DNA from: Psammoneis japonica
Taxonomy: Eukaryota
Reading direction: 5' to 3'
Assembly (NCBI GenBank): GCA_008632985.1
Contig: QPGO01000030.1
Location: 433,135-497,134, forward strand
Length of the DNA stretch: 64,000 bases
Under the pieces are notes generated by a model. The model made no database searches. It was not told where the DNA came from and saw only the letters and a list, made by a program, of their open reading frames with translations. Below, piece by piece: positions 12,480-22,794 of the stretch. Each line of letters opens with the position of its first letter. Positions within the stretch are counted from its first letter, which is position 1. Position numbers and translations under genes: made by a program.

Positions 12480-14013
12480 GTGAGCACCACTGTGTTGCGG
12501 CCTCTGGTGATGTGGCAGGTCCAGTTTGGTTGACTGGCATTGGCCATCATTCAGGATGCATCATTGTCCTTGCAGATGAGGGTGGCTTGCATCTGTGGTG
12601 CAGACAGTTCATCAAGAATGGAGCAAAGGTGCAAAGCCATCTTACCTGCATCCAACGCAGAGACAAATTCTGCTTCCAAGGATGACATGGACACCATGGT
12701 TGCACACGAATCTTCCATGCTGTGGTGGCACCGGTGAGTGGGAAGGCAATGCCAGCAATGGACCAATGGTGATGGATGTCGGCAGCCCCCAGTCAGAGTC
12801 CTTGCAGCCAGTGAGCTCTGTTGGAGATGCCGCATGAGGAGGTTGGGGTGACAGGTGGAGCGGAGGTGCAAACGGAAGAGATTTGTTGGAGCAGGGTCAC
12901 CAGCATGCTGGGTCAAAGTCCAGGTGACAATGGGTGCACCGCAGCACATCCTTGACACCTTCACAGAGGATGGAGCCAGGGTTGGAGCTGAGTTGACTCA
13001 GCTTGGCAATTGAATGACTCAGGTCAACTCTGGTGGTGACCATGGGCCCACATGAGTTTGCTGCTGGCTTTGCGGCAGGGGAAGCCATGCTGGTTTTGAA
13101 GTTGGTGGGATTTGGCTTTGTTGGCAGGGGGGTGGGGGCCTTGTCAAGAGTCTTGCTGTGGGAGGAGTTGCCAGGCATGGGGAGGGTTGGAGTTCACAGG
13201 GGTTCATCCAGCACATCAAAAAAGGGGCAGTTCTTCAGAATCTTTGAGGTGTGAGGTGCTGTGAAGGCAGATGCAGTCTTGGGTCTGCTCAACATCACAA
13301 CCAAGGAACAGAGTGAGCAAACCTTGACATTTGATCTTGCCTCCAGTCAGGTTGTCGTCCACAATGTCGCAGGCAATGTTGTGCATTGCATTGCCATTGG
13401 CAGCTGTTGCAAAATCGTCCACCTGTCAAAGGAATGGCACTTCTTTGCCATTGATCGCACCACTGCAGATCCACGGTTCATGGTCAGTGGATGCAAGGCT
13501 GAGTTCAGCGCAGATGATGCGGTTGATGTGCTTGTTCCACAGGTGGGGAGACTCAGGGTGTCCTTGGAAAGCCTTGAGAACTGGGAGCACATGCCCTTCA
13601 GGGGGACAGGAGGGCAGCAGAGATGGCTTGTCCACCAATTTTGGAACACCTTGTCAACACACATGTGGAAGCACTGTTTCGGTGGCAGAGATTTGGCAAA
13701 AAAGCATCACTCACATCTGTGCCATGCACACACTTGTTCTTCAAAGCTGCCAAAGCAAAAAGCAAGCACACACAAAACCAAAACCCATGTGGAACCACTC
13801 TGCCGGAGCCAGATCTGTGTCATCCACCACAGGGCCCACAGGTGCCTGTTTGGGCTTGGCATTGCTGCACACTTGGCAGAAGCAATGTGGGTGCAAAAAG
13901 GCCTGGAGAGCAGCAGGGAGGCCTTCAGCGTGGCGTTGCAGATGTGCAAGTTGATGCATGCTGGGGTGACCAAGATGGTGGTGCCACAGTTCACTGGTGG
14001 CCACACGTTGCAT
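12480..14013 (-). mobile_element. Ty1/copia (CoDi-like) pol remnant: GAG-pre-integrase, RT, RNase H; internally deleted
   Basis: ELWHHHLGHP..FCQVC, FHMGFGF; RT ALAA..HGTDVSDAF, KAFQGHPESPHLW, QVDDF, TRVDLSHSIAKLSQ; RNase H SSLEAEF..GKMALHLCSILDEL..ICKDN. Confidence 0.88.
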
Positions 14014-14274
14014 GGACCTCAGAGCAGGGTCCAGGGCATCTGCAGGGGGTGAAGGGTCAGGTGATGGCTCCAGCTGTGGCAGCAGGGCCGTGTCGGCAGG
14101 ATGGGCCTAGGAGGTGTGATCCAGAATGTCAAAAGAATGGCCACGGTTGCGTGACATGGGGCATGCTTCACAAGGGTGCGAAAAGTGCCCTGGAGTTCTG
14201 TGGCATCCATGGTCAAGGGAACATTGGGGCGGAAGTGCAGCACAAACCAGAGGCCATTTGCACTTGGTTGGCAA

Positions 14275-15160
14275 CATGCCACACCAGAAAAGTTGTGGAC
14301 ATCTTTCCTTGCAACCTGTCAGAAAGTTGAGGACAGCACATCAGAAAAGTTGTGGACAACCCATTGGAAAAGTTGTGGGCAGCACAGCAGAGAAGAGGTG
14401 CAGACAACTCATCAGAAAAGCTGCAAGCAGCACACCAGCAAAGTTGTCAACAACATGCCAAAAAGTTGTGCCAGGAAAAGTTGCAGGCATCTTTTCTTGT
14501 AAATTGTCAGAAGTTGTGTGCAGCACCTCAGAAAAGTTGTGAACAACCCATTGGAAAAGTTGAACACAACACACCAGAAAAGCTGCAGATGACTTTTCTT
14601 GCAACCCATCAAAACAAAAGCCAGGCACTGGGCAGTGGTGGATTTTGATCCTTGGATGTGGAACAATGCATGTCACAAGCCCAACAATTGTGGGCAACTT
14701 TTCTTGCAACTTGCCAGAGAAGCTGTGGACAGCACACCAAAAATGTTGTGGACATCTTTCCTTGCAACCTGTCAGAAAGTTGAGGACAACACATCAGAAA
14801 AGTTGCGGATGACCCGCTGGAAAAGTTGTGGGCAGCACATCAAAAAAGTTGCAAACAACCCATCAGAAAAGCTGCAAGCAGCACACCAGCAAAGTTGCCA
14901 ACAACATGCCAGAAAAGTTGTGCCAGGAAAAAGCTGTGGACAATCCATTGGAAAAGTTGTGGGCAGCACATCAGAGAAGTTGCAAACAACCCGTCAGAAA
15001 AGCTGCAAGCAGCACACCAGCAAAGTTGCCAACAACATGCCAGAAAAGTTGTGCCTGGAAAAGTTGCAGACATTTTTTCTTGCAAACTGTCAGAAAAGTT
15101 TTGGACAACACCTCAGAAAAGTTGTGGACAACCCATCAGAAAAATTGACAACAACACACC
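14275..15160. repeat. Complex tandem array built on AGAAAAGTTGTG/GGAAAAGTTGTG units with higher-order duplications
   Basis: Dozens of GAAAAG(T/C)TG cores; blocks at ~14280-14510, ~14735-14930 and ~14930-15140 are mutually similar. Confidence 0.85.
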
Positions 15161-15179
15161 AGGCATTGCATGTGAAACA

Positions 15180-15690
15180 AAGGGTGTCACAAGTCGGGCA
15201 ATTCTCCATCATGCAAGATGCACAACACAGCCCCTTGTGTCAATGCCTGTGCAACTGGGGGGCCAACCTGCCACCCACCAAAACATTTGCTGCCAACAAC
15301 GTCAAGGATTGAGAGATTGTTTCTGTGATCATGCACAAACATTGGTGTGTTGGGCACATGTCAAGAAGGCTCAATGCAACCAGGACAGCAAGAAAGCCTG
15401 CCTGAACAACTTGCACAACAAGTTCTTGGGCCCAGATGATGTTGACAACATGGCTGATGCAGCTGAAAGGTGCTCAGCAGGTCTTTCCTGTCACAGCAGA
15501 CATCAAGACAGGAGCTTTGAGTGGCCAATCCATGTTCATGTTGAGCAGCACTCTGTCATTGATGGCCTCAAGGAGTGTGGCCATGCTGGAATTGACAAAT
15601 GCTCCAAGGTGCACCACCTGCTGGAGAGAATCAAGGATGCGTCCCTTGTGTGTGCAACTTCTTCCAACGTATTTTCACAACAGATTTGAG
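15180..15690 (+). mobile_element. Copia (CoDi-like) gag remnant
   Basis: WAHVKKAQ..DSKKACL..HNKFLGPDDVDNMA..FEWPIHVHVEQHSVIDGLKECGHAGIDKCSKVHHLL resembles diatom copia gag with Tyr replaced by Cys/His (recalled family pattern). Confidence 0.7.
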
Positions 15691-16747
15691 GTGACTCCCT
15701 GTCCTCCAGTGTGTCCCTGCTGCACAGCGGACCTTCTGCAATCAAAGAGGGAGTCAAGAGTCCACTGAATTGACAGAAGATGATGTTCTTTGGACAGCTT
15801 GCAGTCAAGTCCAGAGCCATCCCATTGTGGAGAAAAGCAGGGATTTGAGAAAGCAATGATGCGCAGTTCCATGCAGGTTGCCTCTCTGTGGAGCCCAGAG
15901 CAGTTTTTTCTGTGTGCAGCCACCTCGCACAGCTCTGTGGGGTGCTCCTCACTTGGCTGTGGGTCAAGCTGTGCCAGTGTGTTTGGAAGTTGAACAGAGA
16001 ACTCACTTGGCTGGAAAAGAACTTTCACAGCTTGTCCACCAAAGCTTTCGTGCATTGACTTGACTGCTTTGCATGACTTCATTTGGCATGCCGCTGCACT
16101 GCTTGATGTGCAGAGCTGGCCCTTTTGCTGCAACTGTGCCCTCTCCCCCCACCCCAACAAACAGTGGGAAATCCATCAAAGATGGCTTGCCAAACTGTCA
16201 TTTGGGTGCTGTTGCAGCTCAGTCCATTGCCCAAAGTGATGCCGCAGAGACTCGTCGTGAAAGCTTCTCACGACAGAGAAACAACCACAGCTCTTGCTTG
16301 CCCAGCAAGTCAGGCAGAGTTGTCATCAAAGGACAACTCATTGGACTCATGCACACTGGTCTTGCTCCAACTGAAGCTTGTTGGTTCACTTGGGTGCTGC
16401 GCCTGTTTCCAAAGATGCCCAAAACTCCAGATTTTTGGCGGCACACATCATTTGACATCATCATTGCTTTCATTGACCCCAAAAATGGTTGCTTTTTGGA
16501 ACATTTTCTTTGTTCATTTGAAGCAAAGGCAATTGTGCAATTGCTGCAGTGCAATGATGCAAGTCATTCAAGCGAGCAACCAGGTTCTCAGTGGCCTGTT
16601 CCAGCCCCAGGTGATGAGAAATCCATCAAGCAAGAGGCCAATTTTCAGTGCAGTTTGGCGCATCAAACTCCTTCAAATTTGATCTTTTTTTTGTGTGCAC
16701 TCACCTTTTGATTTGGAAAAAACCCGATTTTGAAGCAGTTCATTGCG

Positions 16748-17430
16748 CCAAATGTGAAAATGGCCAGTGATGGGAATCGAACCTGTGCGCATCACCTGGA
16801 GCTGGAACAGGCCCCCAGTGAGAACAACCTCGCGGTCATTGTGGGAAACCACAACCAGATTCATGGTGCAAATTGCACAGCTGATGGGAGCTGCAATGCT
16901 CTGACTGGTTCAAATGCCATTGCCAATGGGAGCTGCAATGCTCTGACTGGCGCCGCCCAATGCTGTTGCCCGTGGGCACTGCAGTGTTCGATCTCATTGG
17001 CATCAATGCCTCTGCTGCAACTGCACATGGTGGCCAGCTTCCCCCAGCTCAAGTGCCTGACATTGGCAAAGCCACAAGCTCACATGCTTTCCACACTTTG
17101 ACTTTCATCATGGTGTCCAAGTGAACAATCTTGAGGATGGGATTCCTGTTGCCGAGCTCATCAAGGGGGGGGCATCCGCTGAAGAGCTGGAGCATGGCCA
17201 AGTGCTGCCAGATGACACGAGTGGGGTCAGATGTTCCATCTGCTGTGAGAGGTGCCCCAACTGCATTGCTTGGCCTTGCATGCTGCACAAGGGTTTTTGC
17301 ACACAATGCCTCCGGCTTTTGAGCTGTGGCCCAAGTGGAAGTGAAGCCAAGCGCACCAGCCAAGTCCAGTGCCCGCTCTGCAGCACAAACGTGTGCTCCA
17401 TTGATCGCATCTTTGAGCAGGCTGACTCAG
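16748..17430 (+). pseudogene. Degenerate gene with Asn/Gly beta-solenoid-like repeats and a C-terminal RING-HC finger
   Basis: GNHNQIHGANCTADGSCNALTGSNAIANGSCNALTG, then in another frame CSICCERCPNCIAWPC..HKGFCTQC...CPLCSTNVCSIDRIF. Confidence 0.6.
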
Positions 17431-17451
17431 ACCCCACGAAGTCATTTCATG

Positions 17452-17770
17452 CAAGAGGTCAATCTTTGGAAGATGACCATGTGCTGTCTTGTTTCCATGC
17501 GAGAGGTCAATCTTTGCAAGATGATCACCTGCGATGGAAAGCTCGAGACTCTCGGGTTTCTGTGGAAACACGACTCATTCTCCACCTCATTTCTGTGTGA
17601 GAGGTCAATCTTTGCAAGATGATCATCTGCAATGGAGAGCTTGGCTCAGATTTCTAAAGGCTTGGCTCACTGTGCGAGAGGTCAATCTTTGCAAGATGAT
17701 CATCTGTGATGGCAAGCTCAACTCAGATTTCCAGAGGCACGAGTCAATCTTTGCAAGATGATCATCTGCG
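17452..17770. repeat. Five copies of a ~30-bp repeat (GAGAGGTCAATCTTTGCAAGATGATCATCTG) with related variable spacers
   Basis: Copies near 17453, 17500, 17599, 17676 and 17741; most spacers share ATGG.AAGCT...CTCAGATTTC-like sequence. Confidence 0.85.
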
Positions 17771-18210
17771 ACAGAAAGATTGACTTGCATTTCTACAAGC
17801 ACGTTGTTGTGTCGACCAATGCAGCAACGATTTTGCAGATGTCTCGTTTTGTTTCTCTTGCATCTTGCCTTGCTTGCTCACTCTAGCCCTGCATTGTTTC
17901 CACCCGCCGTCATCAGTCATCGCTGTCCGGTCGTTTTTTGGCGCGCCCTGAGCTGAATCACGCACTGTCCACGCACACAGGTTGTTGGTTCCTCCTCTCT
18001 TGGGTGGAACTCTCTGCATCAAAGTCTGAAACCGAAAGATTTTGGATTGCCGTGCTCGCTGCCATCAGAAAATAGAGGCGTGACGATTGCTTGCACCAAT
18101 CATTTTGCTGCATTTTTTTTACCTGTCAAGTGAGTTTTGCGCCGGGCGTCCAAATCAATTGTAACATGTGACGGTTGTTTTTTCGAAACAGGGTGCTGCG
18201 GCAAGGGCTG

Positions 18211-18716
18211 AGATGAGCGCGCGGACACAGGAAGTGGTCAGTCCCGCATGCTCGTGACTCAGCACTTTCCTGCGGTGAAAATTGCGCAGAGATCCGAAGA
18301 TGACAAAAACGGTCTGATGACTTCCGCCAACAATGATGTTGGCTGCATGTGACGTACATTCAATGTTCTTTAATGTGTGAATGAACCACTTTGAGCATTG
18401 GATGCAGTTGCTTTGACGAACTTCGCCAAAACAACGCTTGGCACTGCTTTGCGTGCAAAGCTGCGGCACTCCGCACGACTCGTCTTTCGTTCGGAGCACC
18501 TTCCAGTTCATCAAAGTAACTGCGTCTAACGCTTGAAGTGGTTCATTCACATGTTAAAGAACATTGAATGTACATTGCATGCAGTTGACATCATTGTTGG
18601 CGGAAGTTGTCGGACCGTTTTTGTCATCTTCGGATTTCCACGCAATTTTCACTGCAGGAAAGTGCTGAGTCACGAGTGGGCGGGACTGACCACTTCATGT
18701 TTGCGCGCGCTCATCT
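18211..18716. repeat. Foldback element: ~212-bp inverted arms (18211-18422 / 18505-18716) with ~82-bp spacer
   Basis: Arms align without gaps by eye; most mismatches fall in pyrimidine-purine dinucleotides. Confidence 0.88.
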
Positions 18717-18883
18717 AAGCCCTTACGCACTTCTGCACGACCCACGCGACCTGACTAACATGCGTTGGGGCCAGAGCAGTGCGCGGTGCTGGTTGTTTTG
18801 CTTCTGACCGTTCTGTCTTCTGTGAGGTTTCATGAGTTCATCTGTGCATGTTGATGTTGTCTAATTCGAGGTGCGGTGGCTTG

Positions 18884-19097
18884 AGTGAAAGTGCAAGTGT
18901 GCGAAATTTGCGCATTGATGCGGTTGTCTTTGCCAAATGGTTGGCTGCAACTTGCGCCCATTCCATCATTTCTGTCCATGCTCGTTCCGCGGTGGCTCAA
19001 GTGAAAGTCCAAGTGTGTGAAATTTGTGCATTGATGTGGTTGTCTTTGCCAAACAGCCAGTTGCAACTTGCACCCATTCCATCATTTCTGTCCACAC
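18884..19097. repeat. Tandem direct repeat, 117-bp period, 2 copies
   Basis: GTGAAAGT.CAAGTGTG.GAAATTTG.GCATTGATG.GGTTGTCTTTGCCAAA...CCCATTCCATCATTTCTGTCCA at 18884 and 19001. Confidence 0.8.
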
Positions 19098-19772
19098 TTG
19101 TTCCGTAGGATCCTTGCTTGCTCCTTCTCCTGCTCCGTTGCTCCCACTTCTTCCAGCTCCTCCTCAGTGAAAAATCTCCCACCAGTCTGTGGTGGTGCTG
19201 CCGCCCATGCTGCCTTCAGCTCCTCCATGGTTGAATCATCCCTGGGCACGACCGTTGCTTCCACACGATGACCGTCCACTCTCGTGTTGTCTGGCGCAAG
19301 TGCAGATGAGACATCACAATTTCCTGAAGCAAGCTTGAATGCTGCTCTTGCTTCTTCCACCGTAATCTTCTCCCCGCCTTCTTCATTCATTGCTGACCAA
19401 AACAGCTCCGCATCTGTCTGCACCCTTTTCTTGTCCTCTCCAGTTTTCTTTGGCTCGTCTGCCTTCTTTGTTTGTTGTTGCAAATCCATTTTTCTCTGTT
19501 GCTCCATTTTGTGTGACGTTTGCATTCACGCATTCTTGGTTTGTTGGTTGAAATCCATTCGACATTGTGTGACGCATGTGCAGATTTCTGCGCAATGTGC
19601 TGGTCTAATCGAAATTGTCGATTTTACGAAATTGTCACATTTTTACGGTTGGTTTTGCCAAACAGTTGCACAGTGGTTGGGCACCCTGATCTCATGTTTG
19701 CGTGCTGCATTGACACTTCTGCGTGTTGTTGCTGAGAGAAATGCGTGGCGCTTCTCTCCTTCATGAGTCTTG

Positions 19773-20275
19773 TCAAAGGCTTCGTAGCCTTTTGGGACCT
19801 TGCATTTTCGCAGGTCCTTGGTCAGTGGCTTTTCGCATGAACAGCCCTTCTCTGGTCTTTGCTCTGGAGAGCACAACATGCACCCAATTCTGAGTGCAGC
19901 TCCAAGAGTGTACAAACAACTGCGGGACTCCACTCCCTTGCAGTTTGTGCCCTGCAGTGGCACTGTTGATGACAAACGGCAGCTGGGTTGCCTTCAGTTG
20001 GAAAGTGCACCTTTGTTTGTCGCCTTCTTCTAAAGTTGGGTTGGGCTTGGCAATGCAGGCCCTGAAAGCATTTGCCCTTGGCTCAACTGAAAACTTCACG
20101 GGGGTGATGCTTTTGTTGCGGTGTTCCAACACAACATGGTCTGCCTGACTGGCAAGCACAGCAGGAACGCCAATGTTGTTGTCTAAAGTCACTGGTCTTG
20201 GCTCCTGTCCTGGTTTGAGAATGACCTTGTTGACAGTGGCTTGCACTCCGTTTGCTTGACCCTTTGCCACAGCTG
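19773..20275 (-). mobile_element. PIF1-family helicase C-terminal remnant (Helitron-like)
   Basis: GQANG, QLPFVINSATAGHKLQG (motif V) and NWVHVVLSRAKTREGL (motif VI). Confidence 0.8.
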
Positions 20276-20769
20276 TCGTGGTCGCACCACGAGTGGCTCC
20301 TCGTCGCACTGGACACCCTGGGGCCCACGTAGATTCCAGCCGCGCTGCCTTTCTGGAGCTGGCACGCAGTGAAAAAACCAGTGCCTGCACCCCTGCGTTG
20401 CGAAAAGTGGAGCTCGCCCACCTCCACCTCCTTGGGACCTGTGGAGCCAGCGGACTTTTCGAGGCAAAACAATGCAGGTTGAAGTGACGCGGCGCCTCAT
20501 CCAAAAATGCACACTTCTTTGCTTGCTCTCTTCATGAGGCAGACCAGTGCGAGCGACCACCCCGCTTCGAAAGCCTCGACGGCGGTCTTGAACATTTTGT
20601 TGCTCTTCGGCATTGAGTCTGGGATGCCCCTCTCGCCGACTTCCATGCGGCACCTCCACGCCCACTTGTGGTGTTCGCCGTGGGCATTGGCAATGGCTTC
20701 AGGGTCACTGCTGGTGCACCCCAGTTCTCCCAGTGCGGGGAACCAGAGGTCGGGATGATTTTTGCAGCA

Positions 20770-21190
20770 TGCATGCAGACAAAAGGTCATTTTTGTCATG
20801 CCCTTTGTGACATTTAAAGGCTGCAACACGTCGCCGTGATGCATTGACTCTTGTCAGTGGCTGTGTGTTGCACTCCTCCCCATGTGTCACGCGTCCATGC
20901 GGCTCTTTGCTGACGTGCACTGACACTGCACGGTTTTGGTGGAACAGTGTGGGTGCGCATGAAGGAACAAACAGAACTGCACAGAGTTTTGCGCATTCGA
21001 CAGTGACCAACGTTGCTGCAGACAACTCCCACTCAGGGTTTCGAACCCCTGGCCTCCTGCCCAATGGTTGCGATGAACCATTCCGCTGTGAGCTCACAAC
21101 GCAGTGTGCATGCAGACAAAAGGTCATTTTTGTCACGCCCTTTGTGACATTTAAAGGCTGCAACATGTCGCCGTGATACATTGGCTCTTG
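20770..21190. repeat. ~83-bp direct repeat, copies at 20770 and 21107
   Basis: TGCATGCAGACAAAAGGTCATTTTTGTCA.GCCCTTTGTGACATTTAAAGGCTGCAACA.GTCGCCGTGAT.CATTG; copies differ by CG/TG twice and TA/TG once, plus one other transition. Confidence 0.85.
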
Positions 21191-22794
21191 TTGGCAGCTG
21201 CACATTGCAGATTCGACGCATCCTTCATCATGCACATGGCCTCCTGGAAATTTTTGGATTTTTCGTGCCGCCACAACCAGTCCCACAAGTCGAGCGACGG
21301 CTTGCTGGGGTCCGGAAATTGCTTTTCTTCCTCTTTCTCTTCCTCCGTTGCTTTTGTGGCCACTTTGGCCATGGGCTTGGCTGCCTCCTCGCTTTTGCCG
21401 CCGCAAAGAGCCAGGGCCTCCGGTTTCAGGACGGTGGCCTGTCCACCCAACACGTCGATCTTGCAACCAGCCAAAAGGAGCTGCTCGGCGGTGCAGCCCA
21501 GCTGCTCTGCTTCTTTCAAACCACAAATTTGAAAGGTTGGCTCCGGCGGCACGGCTTTCTCCCCATTTTCACTTTGGGACTGTGCCGGCTTCTCCGACAT
21601 CCTTGTGCGTTCGGACTTGACAGACACACACCCTCGGCACTTCCCACGGCGCCGAGTGCAGTCATGGCAACTGCCGCCGCAGTCATGCCTTCGGCGCCCG
21701 TGAGTTCTGCCGCCACTTCCAGAGCTGCTTTGCCAGACAGAACCATGTTCTCCTCCGCCATTCTGACGCCGTGATGACAGAGGTGCGCTGACTGCTGTGT
21801 GCTGTGTTCCAGGCGTTGGCGATCCACATCCTTCTGCGCGCACAAACGCGCGACACTTTGCACCGCACTGAATTCGACGTGCCCAACGATGCCCAACGCA
21901 CCCCACCTGCCGCTCCCGAGTTCCTCAACGGCCTGCCTCCACCACTTGTATGGGGCTACGACTAGCAAAAAATGCAATATGATATAATCATTGACATATA
22001 AAAAACATTGATATGATATATTAATGACGTATATACAAGAATGCTGAATGACTGCATATGACTTTTTGTGTAACATTTGTACTGTTCTACGCACTTAACG
22101 AAGAAAATGCTGAGGCAATACATAGAATGACTCTTCATAAGTACGAATTCAAATGAAGGTCATGCCCACGCCCGCCACGCCATTTAATCAAACATACGAG
22201 CATATATGAAGTATTATTCAAAGACGGAGTTGACAAACGGAGTATCGACGGTTGAATGTGTAACATTAAAAAAACATCTAAATAGTTGAAAAGTATGGAC
22301 TTTTGTGAGACATTTGTATATGTAGCACATGTAAAACCTGCTATTTGTTTTGGCAAAAACCGTTATCGTTAAATAAAGGGGTACATAAAATCCAATACAA
22401 AATGTCTGACCGGTATAACAGGTACGTTTATGCTAGTCGTAGCCTCATAATTGTCGCCGGGACGTGGTGCGTCTGCACCTCTGTGCGTCCGTCTGCACTG
22501 CGCACTGCGGTGCTACAGCGCCCCGCTTTCTTTTCCTTTTCTCTTCTTCTGGCTGGGAGGAACTGCTGGATAGCCTGGGTATAACAAACAACAACACTTC
22601 GCACCTTCGTTATCGTCATTGAAGAAACCACAAAGCACATAAGAGCTCTTAAACGACTTATAATCCATCGGCAATGGTGAAACGAAAAGTTAAAGCCAGT
22701 CTGAAGACTGACAGCATGGAAAAGAAGGCTCCGCCAGTTTTGAAGCTCCCCAAACAATGGCCAATGGCAACTAAACGAGCTTCTTCTTCTCCTC

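Larger units (their letters stand above)
5330..21948. mobile_element. Island 1: nested, degenerate transposon cluster with near-total TpA depletion
   Basis: Contains hAT-like, copia and PIF1/Helitron-like remnants plus repeats. TpA is nearly absent, TG/CA is saturated, and translated ORFs are Tyr-poor and Cys/His-rich. Confidence 0.88.

Noticed and set aside
17452..17770. CRISPR array
   Set aside because: Spacers vary widely in length and are mostly related to each other; no cas genes; eukaryotic context.
19082..19525. Intact 147-aa gene in island 1
   Set aside because: It looks coding-derived (charged, with a faint UBA-like segment) but lies in mutated DNA without a reliable start or recognisable family; not called.
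5330..21948. Dense overlapping ORFs in all six frames as real genes or an alternative genetic code
   Set aside because: Erasing TpA removes TAA/TAG stops, inflating ORF length on both strands. The products are Cys/His-rich, Tyr-poor and broken, and flanking genes use the standard code.
5330..21948. Classical fungal RIP or simple CpG decay as the sole explanation
   Set aside because: RIP would create TpA and lower GC. CpG decay does not remove TpA, and TpA is absent even where CpG is abundant (21179-21948).
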